From assembly GCA_973895155.1 (NCBI GenBank), contig OZ316898.1, positions 2,641,927 through 2,705,926 of the forward strand: 64,000 nucleotides of DNA. Direction: 5' to 3'. The DNA is from Marsupella aquatica (Eukaryota > Plantae > Marchantiophyta). The translations under genes were made by a program, and so were the position numbers. Numbering within the stretch: position 1 is the first letter of the stretch; every line of letters starts with the position of its first letter. Under the pieces are notes generated by a model that ran no database searches, was not told the DNA's origin, and saw nothing but the letters and a program-made list of their open reading frames with translations. Of this stretch, positions 1 to 12,699 are shown piece by piece.

Positions 1-524
1 ACACTACGGACAATGTCTTCATAAAAGCAAGGAGGTTGGGGGAGGTACGGTGCTTGCAAGCTCCAATGTAGTCATAAACTATTTTCTTTGTATCTTGAAC
101 ACTAAAGTGACAATGTATTCTGAAATACTTCGACGCTAAGGCACGAAGGCACATGTGTGCTCTAATGTCGCCGCAAACTCGTTCAATTGTAGTTTTGAAT
201 ACAATAGCCATATTGTATTCAAAAAAACTAGGAAGCCATGGTGCTGCGGCAATACGGATCGAGCTCAATTGTGGCTAGGGCTACGTCGCTGGTGCACTGC
301 AACATTATCGGCGGCCTACTACACATGACCAACCACGGTGTCCACTGGGTACCGAGTGGACCTGAAGTGTGTGGTAAGGTCTTTCAGAAGAACATACTTG
401 TACAGAGTGAGCCCGGAGGCCCATTGGGAGGGAATCTAAACTTTGGGGTCCATTGGAAGAGCGTGTGCAACCTTTGGTCCATGAAGAGAAAAAGTTGTGT
501 TTGGAGATCCACTAAGTATATCTC

Positions 525-990
525 TCTGTTATTGATAGTTTCCTTGGTATGGGTGCATGTATATATATCTGGTCTTTGCCTTATGCCGACTCTAAGAGCA
601 ATGAAGTGAGGCACTTCTATCTAGGCATTGATATGTCCCTGTTGAGTGGTTGGTACTAAGTTATTTCCTTTCCCAAGTTGATTTTGTGGCGATCTACTGT
701 AGATTATATGCATATTATTTCTATTTGAAGAGGCTACCTGGCTGTTCGTAGAAAATTGCAGTCCAGTACGTGGTGGGTACTCTCTATCTGCTCCAGGTAG
801 TACCCCTTCCTGTGACACATACATGTAGCAAGGATGAAAGCAACATTAATAGGTAGCGGTGCCTCCTATTTCCATGGCGGGCCAAGCAGAGACCAGGGAC
901 TATCCATCAGCTTCATCCTTCTGGACTGTCAAAGTGTTGCCATCAATTTGGCTGCTGGCCTTTGGATAAGAGGTATGGAGGTTGTCAGAT
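525..990 (+). pseudogene. Decayed coding-like segment, possibly an F-box-associated/kelch-type pseudogene; duplicate of 5708-6166
   Basis: Near-identical to 5708-6166. The paralog reads EFVASSIIGMLFL..WLFVETCNPVCGGY..FAFDLAAGLW, loosely like plant F-box C-terminal repeats. Stops and frameshifts are present. Confidence 0.3.
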
Positions 991-2330
991 GAGGGTGGCG
1001 GATTGCATATAAATAGGCGATGTGAATCAATCAGGAGCAAAGGTCAATGCCAAGCACCCGTTTCAGCTCTCTACATAGCATGCTCATCCTGGAACATGCT
1101 TGAGTTTTTGACTTGTAGTGATTTGAAAGTAAATAAAATATGAGAACATAACTAGAAGGATTGGTGCACAGTGAACAATTAAAAGTACAATCAAGGATGC
1201 TATGATGTCTGCACTTAATTCAATGTCCTCATGAATGACACTCATTTCAATAAAAACCATAAACTTAGGAAAGAAAGACACAAGGAGAACTTAAAACACA
1301 AACATAACCATTTCTCTCACTCGTGAGAATATTTTGTTCAAGTGGTGGAGCCTTTTGTTCATCTCTGATATATCACAAACATCAAAATTTTTATGAGGGC
1401 TGCCAAAATAAGTTCAAAATACTCTAGAATACCAAAATTAAAGGGGTCCATAAATTAAATAAAAATGTATATTACACATAGGTTGCCCCTTGATAAGGCA
1501 CATTGAAATAAAAATATATGACACCAAAACTCTGAATAAGACAAATTCTGAAAGGTGGATTCACCATATGGCAGTTTCAAAATTTCTATAGATGGTTGGC
1601 AGTAGCACAGAAAACTTACATGCCAAAGGGAGACATGATAGATATCGTTCAAGAGGCTGATGATTGATTTGGCTGACCCATGAGAAGACAGATGTACATT
1701 ACATACTCAGTTTAAAAATATTTCTGGACGAACTTCATGGTTAAGTGGGTAGAGTTATGACGGTCCTTGCCCGAGTGGCCATGCGTGAATGAGCGTAACT
1801 TATTCAGCGTAGTATTGCTCTATCTTGAATTACTCCTGAAATTTGATAACCCTGAGGCGGGCTAGCCATGGAGACCAACGCGGGATGGTCACTGCTTGAC
1901 CATGCTTCCCTGCCACACGCTTCCCTGCCACACGCAAGTACTACTGTAGGTGCTTAGAAGTGGGGCCAACGCTTTGAAAGGAACGGAAGTCATTGGATAA
2001 GACACACAAGAAAGGCTCACCACTTTGTTGAAGGTGATTCCCAGTTTTTTTGAAGTTCTGTCTAATAGAAAAATGATATGTCGGGAGTACTTCAAAAGTG
2101 GAGCAAGCACATTGTAAGGCCATGAAAAGTGAGCGGAGCACATAAAAAACTAGTTTATTCTCGCTTTAAGGCGGTTCAAATGTTTTTAATCCCAGCTCTA
2201 AAAAACAATGATTAATAATTATGCTCATCAACATCAAAACACCTAAAGTTACTTTACTTTCTTTTTGGGTATCCTATACCTTTAGTTTTCTTATCCCAAA
2301 TTTTCTTGCTGATCTATTTATATAAAATTA
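525..2330. repeat. Segmental duplication copy 1, homologous to 5708-6860 plus 11834-12320
   Basis: Direct matches: 525-1075 with 5708-6248, about 1585-1770 with 6248-6860 (excluding the LINE insert), and about 1899-2320 with 11834-12320 (ccatgcttccctgccacacgcaagtactactgtagg...). Confidence 0.85.
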
Positions 2331-2979
2331 ACACTACTACATACTTTTCATTATCATTTGGGGGGTTCTTCAAACTAAGGCAGGGCAAACTTATCCGCAG
2401 CAACTGGGCAAGTGATATTTGTGTGTATCCCATAAATTATTTAATTTACTGTAGAGCTGCGGGAGTATAGATGTCACCTCTGGAGATGACCTTCACTACT
2501 AAACTGCAATTCTCCTTTTGGTTTAATCCGTAATTTGACATCTTTTTCCACCTTCAGGTAGACAAACTAATGATCTCAGGTAAATTAGCTTAGAATGACC
2601 CAGCAGGTAGTCATCATGAGCTCCTTTTTGGATCAGGCAGTTGAAACTCCCCTCAAGCTTAGTTTAATTAGTCCATCCCGCTACCACTCTCCACCTTGCG
2701 TAGGTATTGTATAATGCTAGCGAACAGGAATTTTGATAGTGAGTAGAGTATTGTTAGGAAGAAGTCACTACTGTAGTAATTAAAAATTTCTTCTGACTTT
2801 TGCTGCCTTTAATATGTTTAGGGTTTTTCTACTACTCCAAATGGCTCGCTGGTCAAAAGAGAAGTTCCCAAAATGGATGTTACTAACTAGGATGTTGTTA
2901 GCAAGGCAGTTGGATATAGAAAAATACAGGGGTTATGTGAACTAAACTTTCGCTAGTGGAAGTGATTTTTTTACTGTTT

Positions 2980-3052
2980 CCTTGCAAGCTCCAATGACCC
3001 ACCTTGCAAGCTCCAATGACCCCACCTTGCAAGCTCCAATGACCCCACCTTG
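2980..3052 (+). repeat. Tandem repeat of about 3.2 x 22-23 bp (ccttgcaagctccaatgacccca)
   Basis: Three near-perfect adjacent copies about 480 bp upstream of the 2OGD start codon. Confidence 0.95.
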
Positions 3053-3532
3053 TTAAATATGGCGAGTCTCCTGCGGTTATAAATTAAATATGTTGGTACA
3101 ACCCATCCCGTCAAGTGACCTGTACCTTGTGATAGCAAGAGACCGACCCCCAAGTTATATAAAGGGTGGCATGGGGTGTGCAGGTTAGGATTAAGGGGAG
3201 CTTCAGCCACATAAATCTCGCCAGTGTTAGATCATCTGACCCATGGTGAAAAGTTCGCAAGGTCCCAAACAAATCTAAAAAATGAAAAGGCGTTGTAGTT
3301 TGCACGGACAGTAGATATTTATGATCAAAATTTGCCTCATCATCGTTTCAATCGAAATTGCTCACCTTGATTTGAGATTCAGGCTACCAATGCTCCGCTT
3401 TCACTTCATCCTTCTTTCTCCGAGGTACTGCATCTATTAGCATGAGATTTCGTTATACCTCTAGGCTATAGAGTTACTGTTAAATTCTAGTCCAGCATTT
3501 TCAGTGCAAGCAATTGTTTGTTGGTCATCGCA

Positions 3533-5003
3533 ATGGGACAACTTGACAGCCAACCGAAGGTGGAGTCTGCAACACTGCAGCAGCATGATGAGCAGTATAC
3601 TCCAGAAACGCTCCTCAAGAGTATTCCGATTGTGGACTTTGCTGGCATAGACGGGCCAGAACACACGAGGATATGTCAGCAGATTGCAGAGGCTTGCGAG
3701 ACTTGGGGCTTTTTCCACTTGATCAATCATGGAGTTGACCAGTCTCTGCTTAAGAAAGCGAAGGACGTGACGTGGGAGTTCTTTCATGGCCCCGAGGAGG
3801 AGAAATCGAAGATCAAAGCTCAGGTAGCTGAAGGCTGGAGGCATTCCAAAAATTTAGTCAAAGGAAATAAAATGATACAGAAGGATAGCGTTGAGCATGT
3901 GTTCCAGCATTGTTATCCAGAACGAGAAAATGCCGATCGATTTTTTCCACAGCAACCGGCATCGTATAGGTATCACCTCCAATCCTAGCTGATAAAAATA
4001 ATGGGCAACTTGTCGATTCTGGACATCAATTCTGAAGACAATCAAAACAGAAATCAGGATTGATGACGAGTTACAACTTGAAAATTGGAACTCTTTGCAA
4101 CGGGATCACTCTGTCTGATCATTTGATTCATTGAGTTGCATGAAGCTTCATTGTCAAATGTTTCATAGCTTTGCCTTTATTCAACAGATCTACAATATTG
4201 GAGTACACGAAACGACTAGAGTTTCTGGGTGAGAAACTGCTGCGTATACTTTCAGAAAAGCTGGGTCTCGCGCCTGAAGCGTTAAAGACTGCCCTGATTC
4301 GTGGTACCGCCAGTCAAGCCGTCCGGATTATTATGAGGTCCAATTTCTATGGAATGGACGAAGATGGGGAAGCACTTCCAAATCTTTGCCACGCCCACAC
4401 CGATCCTGGTCATCTTACGTTTTTGCTTGCCGACGAGGCTCCGGGACTGGAAATTAAAAAGGATGGGCATGATTGGGTGAAAGTCGATCCCATACCCGGT
4501 GGTTTGATCGTTAACGTCGCTGACATGCTCGAGGTAAAAACCCTTTGCTTGTTTCGGATTAATTTGGGTGAGTGCACCAAATCTGACATATTGTGCCAAT
4601 TGAATGTTAAGTGTAGCTTGATAGGTCTAGAGTGTAGTCATAGGTCCACCGCATAGTCAGTGAGGATAGCCTTTTGTGGCTTTTTGATCTTATCAGTTCA
4701 CTCGTCATATGATCAGCATACCTTGCAATCGGCTGATTCATCTGATTTGTCGGTGATCAGGTCTGCAGTAATGGCCGCTACAAGAGCGTTTTCCACCGAG
4801 GGCTGCCGTGTAGGAGGCAAGAGCGGCTAACATTGGCAAATTTTCAGATACCCGAGTTGGATGCAGTGATTGGTCCCATTACGTCGCTCTTGGATGAAAG
4901 CCATCCTCCTAAATATAAAACTTTCCAATTTAGAGAATTCTTCCTATCTATTATGGCAGTTGGTCTGGACGGCACACCTAGACTACAGACCTTCAAACTA
5001 TGA
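3533..5003 (+). CDS. 2-oxoglutarate/Fe(II)-dependent dioxygenase, DOXC class; exons 3533-3969, 4188-4533, 4761-5003; 341 aa
   Basis: DIOX_N motif IPIVDF..IAEACETWGFFHLINHGV, HTD...H iron triad (HTDPG; SNGRYKSVFHR) and an RxT co-substrate motif. GT-AG introns join into an uninterrupted 1026-nt frame ending at TGA 5001-5003. Confidence 0.93.
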
Positions 5004-5707
5004 TAGACATTGTCCAATAACTCAGACAATCGGTCTTTTCATCGTAAATTCGATAACATTATCTCTCCAGGTTATAATAGTTCGCAAATCTGAGTACTTA
5101 CGGTCTACCGCTTCAAGCGGGCCACAGATCAAGCACCAGCTTTGCAATGCGGTGTACAGATTCCATTCCCGTCGAGTAATCTTTGTGAGTACGTCTCCAT
5201 ACGTTTCTCTATATATGATTGTTATTACACGGCCTTTCTTCACATTGTGTAAATGACCGATCTTTCCGGCCTGCCGATGAGATCCGGTTGATTGTTGTAA
5301 GCTGTCCGTATGTGGTCGTGGCTCGTGTTAGTCTTGCAGCAGACGGTAGTGATCAAGGCGCGTTGGGGGGACCCGCTGCAGTGTGATCGTACAAGCAAGA
5401 AATGCAGTGATCTCTGGGTCGCAGGATGGCATTTCGATGGTTGGTGTCGGGCTGTCCATGGGACTAGCTCGCACGCACTGTGGCTGGGTACGCAATCACT
5501 GTGTGGCCTCCCGTGTGGCCTTCATCCAGAAGTTTTGACAGCTTACAGAAGCTGGCTGAGCTTGTTTGGATTCACAAGGTAGTCAGGTTTGCAAGGCAGC
5601 ACAGGATTCCGGACAGAGCTTGTAGGTCTACTCGATTGAAAGTGTCGTCAGGTACGTCGGTGAGCTTTGCTCGGGGCTATGCTTTGAAGACTGCCCTCAA
5701 TACAGGT

Positions 5708-6166
5708 ATGTTATTGATAGTTTCCTTGGTATGGGTGCATGCATATCTGGTCTTTGCCTTACGCCCGACTCGTAGTGCAATCGAGGCACTTCTACCTAAG
5801 CATTGATATATCCCTGTCGAGTGGTTGGTACTAAGGTATTTCGTTTCCCAATATGAATTTGTGGCGAGCTCGATTATAGGCATGTTATTTCTATTTGAAG
5901 AAGCTACCTGGCTGTTCGTAGAAACTTGCAATCCAGTATGTGGTGGCTACTCTCCATCTGCTCCAAGTACTACCCCTTCCTGCGCCACGTACATACTTAT
6001 AGCAAGGATGAAAGCCACATTAATAGGTAGCTGTGCCTTCTATTTCCGTGGCGAGCCAAGCACAGACCACGGACTATCCTTCGGCTTCTTCCTTTGTGAC
6101 TGTCAAAGTTTTGCCTTCGATTTGGCTGCTGGCCTTTGGATAAGAGGTATGGAGGTTGTCAGATGA
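5708..6166 (+). pseudogene. Second copy of the decayed F-box-associated-like segment
   Basis: ORFs 5480-5806 and 5825-6166 are in the same frame, separated by a stop codon. Duplicate of 525-990. Confidence 0.3.
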
Positions 6167-6317
6167 GGGTGGCGGATTGCATATAATTAATTAGGCGATG
6201 TGAATTAGGAGCAGAGGTCAATGCCAAGCACCCGTTTCAGCTCTCTATAGATGGTTGACAGTAGCACAGAGAACAGCGCAAAGACTCAAAGAGAGACATG
6301 ATAGACATCATTCAAGA

Positions 6318-6737
6318 CTTTCGCCAACGCATTTCAGTCACCTTCTAGCGTGCTCAAGCTCGGGCCATCTATAGTCGATCTCTTACAGTGGGTGCTAGTG
6401 TGCCTCCGCAACGGCTAGCTCCCCTTGAGGATGTTCCAATCCCACTTGCCGATCTAGTTTTGACTCTTGATGTGGGCCATTAATTTTTTGCCACAATCGG
6501 TAGGAATGATGAGGACCTCGGTCCGCTTGGGTTAGTTTTAGTCTCTCTTTCTTGGTTTTTAAGGGTTCCCTATTGTTCATTTCTTACTTTTAGTTCCTCT
6601 TTCTTGGTGTTTAGTGGTTCCCTTTTGCTCACTTCTTTTTCAATTGGTTTTGTCCACTTGGGCCCTCTTTTGTTTGTTCTTTTGTACTCTGTTTGGTCCC
6701 TTTGTATATAATAAGTGTGTATATTTTTTATATATTT
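6318..6737 (+). mobile_element. 5'-truncated non-LTR retrotransposon, CRE/RLE-like 3' end, with 8-bp TSD
   Basis: ATTCAAGA duplicated at 6310-6317 and 6738-6745. The empty site is visible in duplicate copy 1 (about 1648-1660). The insert starts FRQRISVTF*RAQARAIYSR, resembling the C-terminal RQRxSxxLQRxxA motif, and ends in an AT-rich tail. Confidence 0.7.
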
Positions 6738-7096
6738 ATTCAAGAGGCTGATGATTGATTTGGCTGACCCACAAGAAGAAACATGTTACATGCTCAGTTT
6801 TAAAATATTTCTGGACGAACTTCGTGGTCAAGTGGGTAGAGTTATGACGGTCCTTGCAAGTGTCTGTATGTCAATTAGCCAATGATTGGTTTTGGAGACT
6901 TTGGATGCACACGTCCAAAGGAGTATATTAACAAAACAAGAGTCCAAAATTCTGGAAAAATTGTAAATAGTGCTATGTATCACTAGCTCAAATGTCCATG
7001 AGCCATTGAGGTACGGCAAAGAAAATTAATGCATGTGTGGCTAGAAAATGTTGTCATTTTGGTTGTGTAGTTTATACAATCATATTATAATTTGTA

Positions 7097-7520
7097 CAAG
7101 CTCAATGCCCGTGCGTTGCACAAAAGATGTCGAGGAGAGAAATGATGTCAAAGTGAACAAAAGATGTCGAGGTGATAAAAGGTGTTGAGGAGAGAAAAGA
7201 TGTTAAGGTGATAAAAGATGTCAAAGAGAGAAAAAAAATGTCGAGGTGAGCAAAGGATGTAAAGGAGAAGGATGTAAAGGAGAAAAGTTGTAAAGGACTG
7301 AGGAAAGATGTCGAGGTGAGAAAATATATCAATGTGAAAAATGATATTGAGGTGAGTAAAACATGTCAAGGAGAGAAAATATGTCAAGATGAGAAAAATA
7401 TGTCTAAGGTGAGAAAAATATGTTGAGTTGATAAAAAGATGTCAAGATGAGAAAACTATAATATCAAGGTGAGAAAAATTGTCAAGACGAGGCAAAGATG
7501 TTTGGGCAAAACATGTCCCA
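7097..7520 (-). mobile_element. Non-autonomous Helitron 3' end with an internal ~20-bp tandem array; 5' end not located
   Basis: Minus strand reads gtgcaacgcacgggcattgagCTTG|t, the same terminus family as the element at 10445. Array of aaaagatgtcgaggtgag-like units at 7120-7500. Confidence 0.7.
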
Positions 7521-8040
7521 AAGTGTTATTGTGAAAGCATGTTGTGGGGGAGGCCGAGAGCGTGGGAGGGAACGCAAGCCGGGGGCGGTGGCTGGGGTAT
7601 CACGGGGTCAAGTGTGGTTGCCCTCTGCTGATAGAGAAATCCTTCCTCTCCTTCCAGTATTGGTTTGTTCCTTCCTTTTCCACTTTTGTCAATTGCACAA
7701 AAGCTTTGAGATGGGATAGTTTTGTATAATGGGATTTACAATATGGCAGTTTAACATTTAAAATAACACTCTTATCAGTGTGGCCATTTTGTTGTTGGGG
7801 CCATTTTATTCTTGAGGCCATTATGTCTTTGGTCAATAAGGTTATTGAGTGTTAATCTAACTTGGAAAAAATAGTTCATAGAGAGAATAGAAAAAATAAA
7901 ATTTCTTGATCTACTCCCAATAGACTTAAATTTTGTTCACTTTCCTATAAATAGTCTACTTAAATTTTCCTGTCATACCCACCTACCCATGATAGCCACA
8001 TGTCAACTCACACTCAATTCACAATGACCTTTTTCTGGCT

Positions 8041-8094
8041 GGATGTTAGTGTATGAGTCTAGATCTTGGATGTTAGTGTATGAGTCTAGATCTT
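8041..8094 (+). repeat. 27-bp tandem duplication overlapping the 5' junction of the small Helitron
   Basis: ggatgttagtgtatgagtctagatctt x2. Confidence 0.9.
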
Positions 8095-8493
8095 ACTAAT
8101 AATGCGCGAACTGTAGCCTACTTTTCACAAGCTAGGGTCTAGAGTGAAGCCTCTAGACCGTAACTCTATGGTCATCATGTGCATGGGAAAAATTTATGAC
8201 ATGACTATGATGTATATACATGCCAGTTTTATGTGATAATTTTTAAATATTTACATTAAAAAAATATAGGTAGTATGGCCCCACCACAACATATCATGTG
8301 CATAGAACATGGATGTGCATACAAAAGCGTGTGCACATCAAGGAGAATGATATATTATATATGACTATTAAATGATGGGTTTTTTTTTATCATTTCATTA
8401 ATCTTCGAAGAATATGAATCAAAAATGTATTTTGATAATTCTTTTATTGTCCTCTCCGCTATTCCCGTTCAAAGAACGGGTAGTCGGGGCTAG
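8091..8493 (+). mobile_element. Small (403 bp) non-autonomous Helitron
   Basis: 5' end a|TCTTACTAATAAT. 3' hairpin cccgttc-aaa-gaacggg (8464-8480), then CTAG|t (8490-8493). Inserted between A and T. Confidence 0.75.
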
Positions 8494-8983
8494 TGTGGGT
8501 GGAAGCCCATCCGTGCCTCAAGCTAGTACATACTCTTTTAGGCTCTACACAGATCTGATGGGCAGTAAAATGTAAGCTTTACATCCAAGGGTCATAATGA
8601 ATTCTCTCCAATAGTGAAATTTGTAAGCACACAATGAGTACAAAAAGGCCTGATTGTATATTATAGTGAGTAGATATTTTATCTGTAAAGTATACTAATG
8701 TTATTGATAGAAAGTAAGTTTTGGATGTGTATTGATAAGGTCTCTCAAAGTTGTGATCTGAATGATGATTGGTCAACGGACAATTCTTGTTTAGTACAGT
8801 TATGCTTTTCAGTCCCAGTACATTGAATTTAGAGCTGCTAGTAGCCAACAGTCTTGTCTTCAGTACCAATAGTATAGTTGGCTACGTCATATTCCTGGCG
8901 CAGCTAATTTCAATAGCAGATTGAAAGTAGTGGTAAAATCACACCAACTCAAATTGAGTGAAAAAAACGCCTCCACTCCACTG

Positions 8984-9125
8984 TATTATATATACCTCTT
9001 TAAAGTTTAGGTAATAAGTATATTCGATCTCAAAGGATATTCCAAGTTTTTAACTGGCACTAGTTAATTGGCCAGGGGATGAGCTAGAACCCTGAGGTCC
9101 CAAGTTCAATTCCCCCTCCACATGC
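8984..9125 (+). repeat. Dispersed repeat with a tRNA-like (A/B-box) segment; second copy at 58999-59093
   Basis: tattatatatacctctttaaagtttaggta...aactggcact..ttggccaggggatgagc is shared by both copies. B-box-like ggtcccaagttcaattcccct at about 9096-9117. Confidence 0.55.
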
Positions 9126-10444
9126 AATGCACGTGTGGGTGGGGTGTAGTGATGGGAGTCCTGGTTTCTCCTCATCCCCGGCTGGTCCCCATTGTGGCTC
9201 TGGTTCAACCCTCTCCTCCCCTGGTACTGGGTATGACCCCCCTTGTGGGCTACCTTAAAGAGGTGCATGCTCTGGAGTTGACTGTCTATCCTATGTTGGA
9301 TGGGTCAACTTTAGGTATTCAAGGCAAAAAAAAGTTTCTTAGTGATGATCCTGGTCTTCTGGACCTCCATTGCATGTATACTGTCCCCCTTATGTTTATA
9401 GAATTGGATACCCACAGCACAAAATAATTACTTATGTTCAGTAGTCGTCTCTTCCCTGAACACCTTTTTGTGAAAATTGTGTTTGTTTTATTTAAAGTGG
9501 AGAAGGAAGCGGCTTTTTCTGACTACTTTTTATGGTGACCTTTCAGCTGAGAAGTCTTTTCAAAAAGAGGTCTGTTGGAGGAGAAGTAAGTGAAAAGGTC
9601 CCTCTCAGTCTCAGAAGTTGGAGCCGACTAAGTTGGTCTTGGCAGAGTAAACACTTTTTTTTTGGTAGTAGAACCGCAATTTTAGGGTGGAGGACACGGA
9701 TCACTTTCACTTTCACTTGTGTTGATTTGATCTTCTAGCATCAAGTTCCAGAGTGAAGTTGAAAGCTGGAAAAACCTCAAAACACTCAGTTCTCTGTATG
9801 AACAATAGGATTTTGATAGTGGAAGTCAGGCAAAGTGATGAATTGGTATGGTGTTACCGCTGAATTGGAACTCTCGGAACTTTTTAAAATTAATAATTGT
9901 ACCCCAACCAGCCTGGTAACATAAGCAAAAGGACGAAATGTTTTTGGGTCCCTGATCCAACTCATCAGAGTTTTACGTAAAATAATGATCAGATGGAAAG
10001 ACCAGTGAGGGCCCAAACTTTGACTAACCTTAGAATCACCCCTCACACAGCTAAATCATGAAACTGAGGGTGAGGTAACAAAGAGCTCTCTTGCTAATAA
10101 CGGAAGCAAGCTCTCTCGATCAGGAAGTTGTCACGTTGTCTGGAATTCTTGGCGAATTAATTAGGGTGAAGCACCTCTGGGAGTAAGGCCTTCTTGAAAT
10201 TTGAGTCTGTATTATAAATGTGAATTACTGAAGCTGGGTTCGAATGTTAACTCAGCCTGAATTTGAGAGAAAATAATGTTATACTCACATGGGATTGAGC
10301 ACTTGAAAACTCTGTTGATTAATCCAAAATTAACTCAACCCCACGGAGGCCGACTCATGGGCCCTGGCAAGCTAGTGATCGAGATGTCTTCAATATCCTT
10401 CTCTGAGCTCGCTTGAACAGAAACAACCCGGGATGATGACTGAA

Positions 10445-11833
10445 CTAGCTCAATACCCGTGCGTTGCACAAAAGATGTCGTGTCGGCCAAGATTTGGTTG
10501 AGAAAAAAGATGTTGTGTTGGCCAAGAGGTCGTTGAAAAAAAAGATGTTGTGTCGGCCAAGAGGTCATTGAGAAAAAATATGTTGTGTCGGCCAAGATGC
10601 CGCTGAGAAAAAAGATGTCGTGTCTGCCAGGAAGTTGTTGAGAAAAGGATGTCGTGTCGGCCAAGATGTCCTTGAGGAAAAAGATATTGTGTCGGCCAAT
10701 ATGTCGTTGAAAAAACGATATCGTGGTGCCCAAGACATCATTTAGAAAAAAATAATTGTGTCGCCCAAGGTGTTCTTAAGAAAAAATGTCGTGTTGCCCA
10801 AGATGTTGTGAAGAAAACCTGTGCGTTGCACAAAAGATGTCGTTAAAAAAAATCGAGTTGCCAAAGATGTCGTGAAGTAAAAAGATTTTGTGTTGCCAAA
10901 GATGACGCAAAGTAAAAAGATGACGTTAAAAAAAACCCATGGAATAAAAAGATGTTGTTCAGAAAAAAAGGAGTCGTGTCTCCAAAGATGTCATGGAGTA
11001 AAAACATATTGTCAAGTAAAAAGATGTCGGGAGCCAAAGATGTTGTTATGTCAAAGATATCATCAAGTAAAAAGAAATCGTGTTGCCAAAGTTGTTGTGA
11101 AGTAAAACATATGTCATCAAGTAAAAGATGTAGTCAAGTAAAAAAATGTTGTGACTCCAAAGTTGTCGTCAAGTAAAAAATGTCATCAGTCATAGATGTT
11201 GTGAAGTAAAACATGTCATTGCATGACATATTGTTAAGGAAAAGATGTGCAAAAAATGCCAATAAATTTCTTGCTCAAAAGATGTCATTAAGTAAAAAAT
11301 ATCATTGCCCAAAATATATCTAAGTAATAAAAGATATAATTACCCAAAAATTGTTATCTAGTAAAAGATGTCATGCGGTAAAAAATGAGTGACAACAACC
11401 ACAAAGTATTATCAGCTAAAAATTATTTTTGTTTTTGTATTTTTCAATTTTTTTTATTTCGCACGCCACCCCACCCCCCTCTTTTACCGCTTTTGTACTA
11501 TTTTTTGGTTTTGATATTTTTTATTACAGTATGTAATATTTGTAAATCAATCTTATGACATAGATTATCATGGGGTATAGAACTACACTTAAATGGTACA
11601 TAAAGTACTATACATAGATGGTCCATAAAGAACTCATTATTGTGCATTGTCATTCCTGGCATTCCCCTCTATTTATTGCTTGGAAAACGTGTCACTCTTT
11701 ATTTCACACCAAATATAATATAATTTTAGTTTATTCCTTCTCTTGGTCAGCTTCTTTAATTTTTGTGCCCTTCAAATTCAAATGACGACCACCCTATAAA
11801 AAGGCGCAACTGTTTATTATAGAAGTTAATAGA
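10445..11833 (-). mobile_element. Non-autonomous Helitron of about 1.39 kb, largely a degenerate tandem array
   Basis: Minus-strand 5' end TCTATTAACTTCTATAATAAA at 11833 and 3' end gtgcaacgcacgggtattgagCTAG|t at 10445. A second hairpin copy lies at about 10819. aaaagatgtcgtg..ccaag repeats span 10470-11380. The flanks rejoin to match duplicate copy 1 (about 1875-1910). Confidence 0.8.
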
Positions 11834-12699
11834 CCATGCTTCCCTGCCACACGCAAGTACTACTGTAGGTGCTTTAGAAGTGGGCCAACGCTATGAAAGG
11901 AACTAAAATCATTAGATGAGACATATATACAAGAAAGGCTCTACCACTTTGTTGAAGATGATTCCCAGTTTTTTTGAAGTTCAAAAGTTGTCTAATAGAA
12001 AAATGATATGTCGGGAATACTTCAAAAGTGGAGCAAGCACTAGGCCAGGAAAAGTGAGCGGAGTACATCAAAAACTAGTTTATTCTTGCTTTAAGGTGGT
12101 TCAATTAAACGATATGTCGGGAGTACTTGAAAAGTGGAGCAACTAAAGGTACTTTTCAACAACTTTCTTTTTGGGGAAGGTTCTCTACTTTCTATATACA
12201 ATTAATACCACTACATACTTTCTATATACTTTAGTTTATGGAAAGTGGTATAGAAAGTACTTTCCCTAAACTAAAGGTACCCCCTACCTTTGGTTTTCTT
12301 ATAGAAAATTATTTTGCTGATCTAACTACTATAATATACAATCCCGCGTCTTTCTCATTTCATAAGCAGACGATTCTCAAAAAGAAGCAGGATCACATTG
12401 TGTCTGTTGGATTAAAATGCTTATTTTTTGCACCGTTAGATCGTATCATCAGTGTTCCGGAGCACAGTTTGGGAAAATTATGGTCCAGGCCTTTCTGTCG
12501 CAACAAGGCCTGACTCCCTCCTCACCACAAAAACCTGACGCAAGGATGACACAATCTGACATGTCATACCTGCTCGCGGCGGCTTGGTCCAGGCATTCTG
12601 ATGAGGGTTGTAGACGACAGAATACCCAAAACACCAACATCAACCCGGGCCTTGCCGCCCCCAAAACCCCAAGGTTGACCCAGGAGCACCGAGCACAGG

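Noticed and set aside
2-20. CACTACGGAC at the window start as a CACTA end
   Set aside because: No subterminal repeats or partner end are visible.
7102-7387. Phe/Leu-rich ORFs, and CRISPR-like periodicity here and at 10460-11380
   Set aside because: Degenerate tandem repeats inside Helitrons, with no unique spacers, no cas genes and a eukaryotic context.
9055-9125. Possible tRNA gene
   Set aside because: Only box-like motifs are present and I could not fold a convincing cloverleaf. It is part of a larger dispersed repeat.
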